From an uncultured Verrucomicrobiales bacterium (GTDB lineage Bacteria; Verrucomicrobiota; Verrucomicrobiia; Verrucomicrobiales; DEV007): a DNA stretch of 64,000 bases. The position numbers and the translations under genes were made by a program. This document shows positions 38,574 to 48,200 of this stretch, in pieces (position 1 is the first letter of the stretch; each line of letters starts with the position of its first letter). The stretch lies in NCBI GenBank assembly GCA_938091905.1, contig CALKOM010000108.1:23193-87192 (forward strand), read 5' to 3'. The notes below the pieces were generated by a model that was not told the DNA's origin, searched no databases, and worked only from the letters and a program-made list of their open reading frames with translations.

Positions 38574-38864
38574 ATGAAACGGAAATACGAAGGCGTCATC
38601 ATCCTCAATACCATCGGTAAAGAAGAGAGCATCGATAAGATGGTCAGCCGTGTGGGCGAAACGATCGAATCTGAGGGCGGCAAGCTCCAGCAAATCGACC
38701 GTCTCGGCCGCAAGGACTTTGCCTACCCCTCGAACAAGATTCAGGGCGGATTCTACGTGAACTACTTCTTCGAGGCAGAGCCTGCGTCGATCGAGAAGAT
38801 CCAGACTGCGCTAAAGCTGAATGACGAGGTCCACGTCCAACATTATCAGGTCCTCGCGGCCTAG
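38574..38864 (+). CDS. rpsF: 30S ribosomal protein S6
   Basis: KYEGVIIL...GRKDFAYP...GFY; directly upstream of ssb. Confidence 0.92.
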   Translation: MKRKYEGVIILNTIGKEESIDKMVSRVGETIESEGGKLQQIDRLGRKDFAYPSNKIQGGFYVNYFFEAEPASIEKIQTALKLNDEVHVQHYQVLAA

Positions 38865-38884
38865 CGCGAAGCCACTCTCAAGCC

Positions 38885-39355
38885 ATGGCCTCGGTTAACA
38901 AAGTCATTCTCATCGGGAATCTTACTAAAAATCCCGAACTCCGCTACACGCCGAAAGGCACCGCTGTGGCCGAGGTTGGGTTGGCTTGTAATCGTCGCTA
39001 CAAGGTGGACAACGACCTCCGTGAAGAAGTCACCTACATTGACATCACTTTCTGGGGTGCCCAGGCAGAAACGGTGTCAAAGTATCTCGAAAAGGGTCGC
39101 TCAGTCTACGTCGAGGGGCGTCTCAAGCTCGATCAGTGGGACGATAAAGAAACCGGTAAGAAACGCTCGAAACTGAGTGTGATCGGTGAGATTTGCCAAT
39201 TTCTCGGGAGTCGTGGCAGCGGCGACGGCCCCATGGGCGAGGGTGGGGGTGGTTCTCCCCAACGCTCTGCTCCCCAGCAAACCGCTTCATCTCCTCCTCC
39301 GTCTACAGGCTCTGGTCCATTGCAGGACGAAGAGGAAGACGACATCCCTTTTTAG
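38885..39355 (+). CDS. ssb: Single-stranded DNA-binding protein
   Basis: NKVILIGNLTKNPELRYTP, VYVEGRL and C-terminal DDIPF. Confidence 0.97.
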   Translation: MASVNKVILIGNLTKNPELRYTPKGTAVAEVGLACNRRYKVDNDLREEVTYIDITFWGAQAETVSKYLEKGRSVYVEGRLKLDQWDDKETGKKRSKLSVIGEICQFLGSRGSGDGPMGEGGGGSPQRSAPQQTASSPPPSTGSGPLQDEEEDDIPF

Positions 39356-39655
39356 GAAGGGATTGTCCATTGCCCACTCAAACCCTGCCAAGGAGGGCAG
39401 TGAACTCTCGCTATCTGTCGGGAGGGCCTTTGACGGCCTCATCACCATCAGTCGAAGAGCGGTGTTCTTCATGGTGGAAGCCCAGTGAGAGATTGATGGC
39501 CCGAGTCGGCTTCTAGACGCCATCACAGCGAAGCGCCCAAGATGCCGACACCAATATAAATAGGCACATGAAGTGGTTTAGCCCCAAACTTTTTGGCTAA
39601 GAAATTTACCCGAAATTGCTAGGAACGTCAACATGATGACAGTAGCTCCGGAAAC

Positions 39656-40330
39656 CTAGCTACCCGCCACCGTTCTCCGGAATATCCCAAGGTAATTGTT
39701 AAACGGTGTCTTTCCCCAAAGCGGCGTGAAAGTCCCTTCCAGCCCTGCATCACGAAGAAGCCGTTCCGTTCCGTCTTTGTCCGGATAGTTGACTGGGCGG
39801 CCTTTCATCCAAAAACAGCCGTGGGCAAACCAATCCGCCACACGCGTCACGCGGAATCGCCAGGTGGGTTCTGCCAGTCCGCTGCGAATGACTAAACAGC
39901 CGTTTGGCGCAACCGATGCCGCCACTTGCTGAAGCAAAGCCTGCTGCTGTGGTTCAGTGAAGTATTGCAAGACATCGAGAATCGAAAGATGCCCGAGGAA
40001 ACTCGGCAAGGTGTCGCGCACATCGCCTACGCCAAACTCTAGCGCTTCACTATCAGCGCGTTCACTGATGGCCTGGGCCGCACGGATCTTTCGCTCATCA
40101 TAGTCAACTCCCCGAATGGGTGCTTTAAATCCCGCCTGCCTCAAATACCGCGCAAAGAGACCCAACCCACAGCCGATATCGAGAAGCGGTATCTCGCCGT
40201 CATCCATGTCTAACAACGCCAAAGAAGCCGCGAGGTAGAGAGGATCGCTACGCAGTTTCCAATAGCAATACTCGCGGTTCCAGCGACCAGGAAAGGCGTC
40301 TGCTAGAGCTCGGCAAGCTTTCTTGTTCAC
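39656..40330 (-). CDS. Class I SAM-dependent methyltransferase
   Basis: LLDIGCGLG, GVDYD, ILDVLQY and PLWGKTPFNNY. Confidence 0.85.
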   Translation of the reverse strand: MNKKACRALADAFPGRWNREYCYWKLRSDPLYLAASLALLDMDDGEIPLLDIGCGLGLFARYLRQAGFKAPIRGVDYDERKIRAAQAISERADSEALEFGVGDVRDTLPSFLGHLSILDVLQYFTEPQQQALLQQVAASVAPNGCLVIRSGLAEPTWRFRVTRVADWFAHGCFWMKGRPVNYPDKDGTERLLRDAGLEGTFTPLWGKTPFNNYLGIFRRTVAGS

Positions 40331-41130
40331 GGAGCAGGCTGCTCCTGAGTTTCTGCACTGAGTAGACGTTGAATCCCTTCAAGCACACCGAAGCTGGCCC
40401 GCCCATTGCCAATCAAGCCACCCGGCGACCCGGTGACTAACGATTGCACTTCAGGGATCGCATTGTTGGGACACACGCGGTAGTCTGCTACCGTCGGACA
40501 GAGCATGGACATGTCATTGTGGTTGTCGCCAGCCACACAGATACGCTCTTTCGAGACCCCCAAATGCCGAGCCAGTTCTTGGAGCACCGAGCCCTTATGA
40601 TAGGCCGCATGCGAGAATCTCAAATAGATCGAGTTGCGCTCATAAGACAGCACATCATCATTTTGGGTTTCTTCCTCAATGTATCCACACACCTTCGTCA
40701 TTTCTTCGTCGGAGGTCGCAATCACTCCTGGTGTTTCTTCCATGCCTTCAACCCACTGGACTTTCGTCTCTGCTTCGAGCAAGGCTCTTACGCGTTTCAA
40801 GAGCTTTCGATGTGTCTTGATGAAACGCTTGTGCTCTTTCTGACAACGCTTATTCCAATCACCTACATCCACCCAGCGATTGAACTGCGTTGGTGCGTAG
40901 AGCTCGCGTTCCTTCGCCATGATGAAATCTGGCAACGGGCGGATCTTGTGTTCAGCGATGCCATCGAGCGCCTGAAACAATGTTCGCCCTGTATTCACCG
41001 CCCAAAGGCTACCTTGAGTTTGCACGGATTCCAAAAAGCCATTTAGACCCGGGTTAATGATAGGATGAGGAGGCTCATCCACCAGAGTACCGTCGAAGTC
41101 GAAGCTGAAGAGAAACGTGGGAGCAGCCAT
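40327..41130 (-). CDS. HAD-IIB (Cof-like) hydrolase
   Basis: DFDGT, NTGR, KG and GDNHND. Confidence 0.88.
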   Translation of the reverse strand: MAAPTFLFSFDFDGTLVDEPPHPIINPGLNGFLESVQTQGSLWAVNTGRTLFQALDGIAEHKIRPLPDFIMAKERELYAPTQFNRWVDVGDWNKRCQKEHKRFIKTHRKLLKRVRALLEAETKVQWVEGMEETPGVIATSDEEMTKVCGYIEEETQNDDVLSYERNSIYLRFSHAAYHKGSVLQELARHLGVSKERICVAGDNHNDMSMLCPTVADYRVCPNNAIPEVQSLVTGSPGGLIGNGRASFGVLEGIQRLLSAETQEQPAP

Positions 41131-41214
41131 GGGCGAAGACGATTCCTAAACTAACTCGTTTCAATACTCAACTGTTGCACTCATCCAAACAATCAAGAGC
41201 TAGGGAAACAAATA

Positions 41215-41287
41215 AGACAGCCCGATTGATGGCTCTGTAGGAGAACCCCCATAAACCTACAGATAAGAAATACCAATCGGGCTGTCT
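41215..41287. repeat. Nested perfect inverted repeat
   Basis: AGACAGCCCGATTG (41215-41228) / CAATCGGGCTGTCT (41274-41287), with inner TCTGTAGG (41234-41241) / CCTACAGA (41256-41263). Confidence 0.75.
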
Positions 41288-41315
41288 CGATGCAGCCACT
41301 CACAAGGCTACTGAG

Positions 41316-41343
41316 GAAGAAATACCCACCTTCGCGGGTGGGG
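41316..41343 (-). terminator. Possible intrinsic terminator after the MFS gene
   Basis: Minus strand CCCACC-CGCGAA-GGTGGG followed by TATTTCTT. Confidence 0.45.
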
Positions 41344-41356
41344 CAAGGTATTTGTT

Positions 41357-42601
41357 CTAAGATTTTAAAAGATGACAATCACCCGCCATTATAGATTTCC
41401 GAGACAGGACAAAAACGCGCTTCATCAGAAGCATCGCAATCACTACAATGAGCGCAGCACAGAAGAATGCCGCCCCAGGGAGAAGAAACGGAGCTTGGGA
41501 GCCAACAAAGTATGCGAAGAGTCCCGTGGCTAAGGGTGGTCCGAGGATCCCCGCCACGCTGCTCAAGCTGGTTAGCGATCCCTGGACACCACCTTGTTCA
41601 TCCGCACCCACTTGCTGAGAAACGATGCCCTGAATGGCTGGCGTGGCAAGGCCACCGAGCGATCCCCAAACGATGATCGCATAAACCATCCACCCTTGGG
41701 AGGCCAAGCCATAGGCAATGTAACTGAAGATGCTGATCGTGAGTCCTAACAAAGCAGTACGTTTCTCTCCCAGCTTAGGAACAACCTTTCGCGTGAGCCC
41801 TCCTTGAACAATCGCAGCCATGACACCGACGAAGGCTAGCGACATACCGACTTGGCTTGGGCCCCAATCGAAACGGTAGCCAGTATAAAGTACCCAAGTC
41901 GCCGGGAAGACTTGGTGGGCAAGATTGATAAGAAAGAAGGTCCATGACAGTCCCAGCACCATCGGGTAATGCCGAAGTGCCAGGAGGGCACCCACCGGAT
42001 TAGACCGTTTCCATGAAAACACCCGCCGATTCTCAGGTTTCAACGACTCGGGCAGGACAAAGAGCCCGTAGAGCCAATTGAGCAGCGTAAGACAGCCAGC
42101 CACAATAAACGGCAAACGAAAACTGTAGTGGCCTAACCATCCACCAATCGCGGGTCCGATGACAAATCCCATGCCGAAAGCAGCCCCAACCAAACCGAAG
42201 TTGGCGGCGCGTTTTTCCGGTGGACTGACATCGGCAATGTAAGCCGTGGCTGCTGCGAAGTTCGCCCCAGTCACCCCGGCGATGATCCTCCCAATCACGA
42301 ACCAAGTGAGATCAGGCGCGAAGGCGAGCAAGAAATAATCAAGTCCACCTCCTAACAACGAGAGAAGAATGACAGGTCTTCTCCCAAATCGATCAGACAG
42401 ACTACCTAAAAGCGGCGCACAGAGAAACTGCATGAAGGCGTAAAGCGCCGCCAGAAACCCGTAGGTCAGCGCACCTTCGGACAAGGTTCCTCCCTGCATG
42501 TTTTCAATCAACTTCGGCAGGATCGGGACGATGAGGCCGATGCCTAGGATATCCAGCACCAGGGTGATGAAGATAAAGCCGAGAGCAGGTTGCCTTCCCA
42601 T
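41357..42601 (-). CDS. TCR/Tet (DHA1) family MFS transporter
   Basis: LDILGIGLIVPILP, motif A GSLSDRFGRRP, GFVIGPAIGG and LPES. Confidence 0.9.
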   Translation of the reverse strand: MGRQPALGFIFITLVLDILGIGLIVPILPKLIENMQGGTLSEGALTYGFLAALYAFMQFLCAPLLGSLSDRFGRRPVILLSLLGGGLDYFLLAFAPDLTWFVIGRIIAGVTGANFAAATAYIADVSPPEKRAANFGLVGAAFGMGFVIGPAIGGWLGHYSFRLPFIVAGCLTLLNWLYGLFVLPESLKPENRRVFSWKRSNPVGALLALRHYPMVLGLSWTFFLINLAHQVFPATWVLYTGYRFDWGPSQVGMSLAFVGVMAAIVQGGLTRKVVPKLGEKRTALLGLTISIFSYIAYGLASQGWMVYAIIVWGSLGGLATPAIQGIVSQQVGADEQGGVQGSLTSLSSVAGILGPPLATGLFAYFVGSQAPFLLPGAAFFCAALIVVIAMLLMKRVFVLSRKSIMAGDCHLLKS

Positions 42602-42694
42602 GCCGGGAGACTGCCATTCGCCTTCCCGATTGCGAACCCTTTCCACTCGCACCAAGCCGCTTGCGCATCTGCATCGCTCGGCTTCCTATGAAGT

Positions 42695-43360
42695 ATGCAG
42701 AAACTTCGCCAAGCCGTGCTCTTCGACCTCGACGGAACCTTGCTCGATTCCCTCGGTGACCTTGCAGAGTCCATGAATGCGGTGCTCCGAGAAGATGGCC
42801 TGCCGACACACGGACTCGATGACTTCCGGTTCTTCATCGGCGATGGTATCCAAGCGCTTGTAAAACGCTCTCTACCCCTACGCTTGCACAACGATCGACC
42901 CGCATTGGAAGCCTACCTTGACCGCTATCGCGCGAGCTATTCCCAGCGTTGGCATCTCTCGAAGCCCTTTGCCGGCATTGCCGACCTCCTCGATACCCTT
43001 CAGGCCCAAGGTGTGGGTCTTGGTATCGTCTCTAACAAGCCAGACAACTTCACCCAACAATGTGTGCAAACGCTCTTCCCGGCGTGGACCTGGGAGGGCG
43101 TCGTGGGTCAGTTAGACCATGTTCCCTCCAAACCCGATCCCACCGGAGCATTGGCCATGGCCGAGAAACTCGGTGTGCAGCCTGAAGACTGCTGGTTTGT
43201 TGGCGATAGCGATGTCGACATGAAGACCGGCGTCAATGCGGGCATGAACGTGGTAGGCGTCTCCTGGGGCTTCCGGCCCGAAACGGAATTGCGCGATGCG
43301 GGTGCCCAACACATCATCGGGCAACCAGCCGAACTCCTCGCTCTCCTCGATAAGGACTAA
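42695..43360 (+). CDS. HAD-IA hydrolase, phosphoglycolate-phosphatase-like
   Basis: FDLDGTLLDS, SNK, KPDP and VGDSDVD. Confidence 0.88.
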   Translation: MQKLRQAVLFDLDGTLLDSLGDLAESMNAVLREDGLPTHGLDDFRFFIGDGIQALVKRSLPLRLHNDRPALEAYLDRYRASYSQRWHLSKPFAGIADLLDTLQAQGVGLGIVSNKPDNFTQQCVQTLFPAWTWEGVVGQLDHVPSKPDPTGALAMAEKLGVQPEDCWFVGDSDVDMKTGVNAGMNVVGVSWGFRPETELRDAGAQHIIGQPAELLALLDKD

Positions 43361-43361
43361 C

Positions 43362-44375
43362 ATGACAACGCTTGCCATCGAGACTAGCTGCGATGAAACT
43401 GCCGCAGCAGTGCTAGACAGCGAAGGCAACGTTCTCGCAAGCGAGATCGCCACGCAGATCGATCTCCACCGCGCCTATGGTGGTGTGGTTCCTGAAGTGG
43501 CTTCTCGAAATCACCTCCTCAAGATGCGCCCTGTGCTGCTCAAAACATTGGAAGTCGCTGGTGTCAGCCTTCCTGAAATTGATGTCTTCGCCGCCACAGC
43601 AGGTCCTGGATTGGCCGGAGCCCTCCTCACCGGAAACACCACGGCAAAGGCACTCGCGCTGGCCCACAAGAAGCCCTTCATATCCGTGAACCACATGGAG
43701 GGCCACCTCCTTTCGCCCTTCATGGGTCAGCCTGCCGGCATTCAGCCGTGCGTCGCTCTCGTCGTCAGTGGCGGCCATACCATGCTCATTCACCTTCGGG
43801 AATTTGGTGACTATCACTTGTGTGGAAACACTCGCGACGATGCCGCGGGAGAAGCCTTCGACAAAGTCGCCAAGATGATCGGGCTGCCGTATCCCGGAGG
43901 CCCAGAGATCGACAAGCTCTCCAAAGTGGGAGATCCCAAGGCCTACGACTTCCCCCGTAGCATGCTCTCAAGGAAGGATCACGACTTCAGCTTCAGCGGT
44001 CTCAAAACTGCCGTGCTCTACAGCTTGGACAAACTAAACAAACCACTGAAAGACTGTCGCCCCGATCTCTGCGCCTCATTCCAAGAAGCAGTTGTTGATG
44101 TCCTGACAAAGAAGACTATCCGCTTAGCTCAAACGTTAGGCGAAAGCTGTATCACAGTCAGCGGTGGCGTCAGTTGCAACTCGCGCCTAAGAAAAGCCTT
44201 CGAAGTATGCGCCCACAAGGCCGGCCTAAAACTACTCATCGCCCCACCCTCACTGACTACAGACAACGCCGCCATGATCGCCTACGTCGCCTGGCAGAAA
44301 GCCCAACGTGGCCTCTTCTCGATGCTAGAAGAAGACGTCGATCCCAACCTCAAGCTCGCAGAAGCAACCGTGTAA
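43362..44375 (+). CDS. tsaD: tRNA N6-adenosine threonylcarbamoyltransferase
   Basis: IETSCDET, GGVVPEVASRNH, HMEGH, DDAAGEAFDK, FSFSGLKT and TDNAAMI. Confidence 0.97.
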   Translation: MTTLAIETSCDETAAAVLDSEGNVLASEIATQIDLHRAYGGVVPEVASRNHLLKMRPVLLKTLEVAGVSLPEIDVFAATAGPGLAGALLTGNTTAKALALAHKKPFISVNHMEGHLLSPFMGQPAGIQPCVALVVSGGHTMLIHLREFGDYHLCGNTRDDAAGEAFDKVAKMIGLPYPGGPEIDKLSKVGDPKAYDFPRSMLSRKDHDFSFSGLKTAVLYSLDKLNKPLKDCRPDLCASFQEAVVDVLTKKTIRLAQTLGESCITVSGGVSCNSRLRKAFEVCAHKAGLKLLIAPPSLTTDNAAMIAYVAWQKAQRGLFSMLEEDVDPNLKLAEATV

Positions 44376-44495
44376 CACGGCCTTCCAATCAACGACCGTG
44401 GCAGGAGGCTGCAGCTATTTTAGCAGTGCCACTTATCCTGATAGAAGAACGACCACGACGTCCCTTGCTTGACCCGTTCTGTGGCGAGTGTAGAG

Positions 44496-45161
44496 ATGGT
44501 GATGATTGTCTTCGATGTGGACGGCACGTTACTCGGTGGTGAGCATCACGATTGGAAGTCCTTTGATGATGCTTTCGAAGAGGCTGCTGGCTTTCCCTTT
44601 CCACCGAATTTCTTTTCGAATATTCCGGAGGTCACTGCTGAAGCGATCGTTCACCAGGCTCTGGCCGGTGTGGCGCACCCGGACAAGACACGTATCATTG
44701 ATCAAACCCGGCGCGGCTATCTAGCTCGGAACCGAGCGGCTCATGAGGCGACTGGTAATACTTTTGTGAGAACACACGGTGTTCTCGAACTCTGGAAAGA
44801 ACTTCGCGATCGTGACATTACCTTTGCCATCGCCACCGGTGATTGGCATGAAACCATCTCCTACAAGCTCAGCGCGGCTGGCATCGACGTCGAGGGAGTG
44901 CCGATGGCAACCTCGTCAGATTGCTATGCGAGAGCGGACATCATCCGCACGGCGGTCAAACGCGCGGGTGAAGAACTCGGTTCTAGTGTCTATGTAGGTG
45001 ACGGCGTATGGGACCTCAAGGCGACTCAGCTGCTTGGCATCCCGTTCATCGGTTGCGGCTCAAGGCCAGACGACTTACGTGCTGCAGGAGCCACCCATAT
45101 TCTTCAAGACCTTCATCCGGAAAAATTCTGGCCAGCCTATCACTCCCTTAAAAGCTCGTGA
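44496..45161 (+). CDS. HAD family hydrolase
   Basis: FDVDGTL, ATG and YVGDGVWD. Confidence 0.85.
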   Translation: MVMIVFDVDGTLLGGEHHDWKSFDDAFEEAAGFPFPPNFFSNIPEVTAEAIVHQALAGVAHPDKTRIIDQTRRGYLARNRAAHEATGNTFVRTHGVLELWKELRDRDITFAIATGDWHETISYKLSAAGIDVEGVPMATSSDCYARADIIRTAVKRAGEELGSSVYVGDGVWDLKATQLLGIPFIGCGSRPDDLRAAGATHILQDLHPEKFWPAYHSLKSS

Positions 45162-45246
45162 ACTTGTAGCCCGAATTTCCATAGCTGTCTGCTCCAGAAG
45201 GTAGCGACCCTGGAACGTTGCCCGACGCATCACACTTGTAGAATTG

Positions 45247-48200
45247 TTATTCGCTTACCATAAGCCTAGCAAAAAGGCGCTGCCGGGTGCCAGAAAGCGG
45301 CAGTTGGCAACGGACGGTGACCGTTTCGGTGATGCCGTCATCATTCGGAACGACGTTGCTTTCAACAGCCGCGGTAGCACTCGACCAGCTAGCTTCGGCC
45401 AGGCCTTCGCTGAACTCGACTGCGTAGTCGAGGCCTATGTCACTGTGGTCGAGGCGACGTCGGAACTGTACTTCGACCCACTCGTCGTCTTCATCTTGCA
45501 CAGTTTCCGATTCGATTCCGGCGTCGCTTTCCGATGCCGTAGGATCGGCGTTAACGGCAAACTCGTAGAGGTTCTTCATGCCGTCTGCGTCCGAGTCCGC
45601 CATCCCATCTTCGCTCTTCGGGTCCAACTCGTGTACCTGGGCGGCCCAGCGCTTGTAAGCGGTCCGGCTGCCAGTCTGTGCTTCTTCTGCATAGACTTCG
45701 ACTTCTGCCAAGGAGAGGACACGTGGGGTGTCGCCTAGCAAACGAACGCTCACGGTGTCTCCACGAAGCCACTGGAAACCGCTGAGGCTGAGAAGACCAC
45801 CATCTGCCACATGGCTACCGTCTGTGTGACAGGCCTGAGCCCAAACTTGCTTGCCTTCAAGGTAAACGCAGACTTCGAAATTGCTAAGCCGATAGCCCAA
45901 AGTTTCACCCCGATTGTAGATGGCGATTTCGTGAATCTGACAGGGATCTCCTAGATCAACTTGCCAAGCCTCGTTTGGCAGGGTGGCCGCTGACTCCGTG
46001 ACACTGTTACTCGCAAAGTAGTTGCTGACATCCCCATCAACGGCACGGGAAGCAGTCGCACCAAATTCGGTGGTCGTCTGGGTTGCAACCGCGCCGCCAT
46101 TACGAGCAGCATTGATTAGGCCACTAGAGACAATACTCTCACCCACCGTGGGCTCTTCTTGAAGTACCAACCCAATTGTGCCTTGGCTCGTGCGCGGAGA
46201 GAATCTTCCACCGAGACCACTGTCTTGAACACGAACGTCAATTTCGAGAGCTCCCAACGCTTTCAAGGGTGTCGGCTTGAGAAGCGTGAGGGCACCGGTT
46301 GCCGAATCCAGGAGGAAGTAGTCTGCATCTCGCGTTGGCAGAAGTTCGTAGGTTAGCTCGTCAACCGCGCTATCGATAGCGTTGATCGTGGCCACGACCG
46401 TATTGGCGACGGGGTTTTCAATGCTGATAGCCGTGGGGATGGTTGGAGCGGCGTTGCAATCGAAGGGTGTTAGGTAGGTGTCCGCGATGACCGTGCGACT
46501 GACGATGTTGCCTCCACTCCACGCGACTCGAACATGATCACCTCCACCGCCTTCTTTGTGCCGAGTCTCGATGTAGTAGGGCGTGTTTGCTACCAAAGCA
46601 ATGGGAACGGAGGTTTGCGAAGCAAAGCTCGTCCACTGACCGAAGGAGGACCAGCGATCCACTGAAGCAATCTCCACGGCATTCTCTGGCGAACTATCGG
46701 TGCTAAGCCAGAGTTCACCCTGATCGTCAGAGGTGAAGGAAAAGGTGTAGTTTCCGCTGGCGGGCGGCGTGAGGTAGGCCCGGATACGGGACCCATAATC
46801 TGCGCCGAGATTCCGCCCAGAGTCAAAGTCACTATGCTCTAACAGCCGGTCGGGCCGGTCGGGATAGCGGGCGTTGGACGTCAGAGCCGTGAGACTAGTG
46901 CCCGTGATGTCGTCCCAGACTTCTTGAATCAGTGCTACTGTCTGAATGAATCCCTCGGGATTGAGCTCAACCGTAATGGTCGCCGTCGTGTGTTCGCTAG
47001 GAGTGCCGTTGTCCGTTGCTCGTATCGTTAAAACTTGGTCATCCTTAGCCGCCGCCAAAGCGGATGTATCGTGAACTCGCAAGACACCCGTGAGCGGATC
47101 AAGGGCAAAAATCCCTGTGCTATTCCCAGAGTCAATGGTGTAATTGAGGATCTCGTCAGTGTTGAGATCTGTTCCCTTCACCGTGCCGACCTCAATCCCG
47201 GCGATGGCGTGCTCATAAACGTTCATCGTGCTGTCTTCGAGCGCAGGAGTGTAGTTCTGATAGAACGGTGCGAGAAATCGTCCCGGAATGACCTCGAAGC
47301 TCCCTCCTGATTGCTTCCATCCGATCGCAAGATGATCCGCGACGAGGGACCCACTGAAGGTGAAATTGTAGTCCTCTTTCATCCGGGCTTCAATATAGTA
47401 AGCTTGGCCAGCAACGAGCATAACTGGACTGGATTGCTGAAATGAGGGCTGGTAGTCCCACTCGTGAACGAACGTCCAGTTGGGGGCCGAGGCAATCTTA
47501 GTAGCATTAGCCGGATTGCTGTCCGTGCTGAAATAGAGTTCGCCCTTATCTTTCGCCGCAATCGCAAACGTGTAGCTTCCGGACACCGGCGGAATGACAT
47601 ACCCTCGAACGGTTACTCCATAGTCATCTGCTAGATCAATCGGTGTTTCGAAAGACAGGATCTCGGATTCCTGCGTAGGGCTGTCTGGATAGTCTTGGTG
47701 GGACGTTAGATTGCTCAGGGCGTTACCATCAATTCCGGTCCATACAGAAAGACCGATAGATCCTGGTGTGAAGCCTTGCGCAGACTCGGCTATTCGAAGC
47801 GTGAGCGATTGCGCTGCGGAACGAGTTGGCGTGCCATTGTCGGTTGCCCGAATCCTCAGCGTGTGGCTGGTGCCCTGCGCCACGTCGAGCTGACCATTGA
47901 CGGAAACTTGGCCCGTATAGAGATCGACGGCAAAGAGGCCGAGCGCGTTTCCGCTTTCGATAGCGTAGGTGAGAATGGTGTCGTAGTCCTGGTCGGTGAC
48001 GCTTGGTGTATAGACGGGTGTGCCCAGCTTGGACCTCTCCAAGAAGGTGAGTCCACTAGGTGCGGTGGAGGAGAAGACTGGAGCCTCGTTGACGTTTGAG
48101 AGAGAAACTACGACGCGATGATCGACCACGTTATAAGCCGAGTTCAGGGTATTGGTCACATTGAGACGAAGGTCCCACTGCGGCTGCACTTCGTAATCTA

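Noticed and set aside
39356..39655. Small ORFs or an ncRNA after ssb
   Set aside because: Only short, weak hairpins and motif-less overlapping ORFs are present; nothing is supportable.
41357..42601. Acquired tetracycline resistance gene
   Set aside because: There is no tetR and no mobile context; Tet-like DHA1 transporters are common chromosomal genes and the substrate cannot be inferred.
39656..45161. Biosynthetic cluster made of a methyltransferase, three HADs and an MFS transporter
   Set aside because: There is no scaffold-forming enzyme, the genes are divergent and tsaD is housekeeping.
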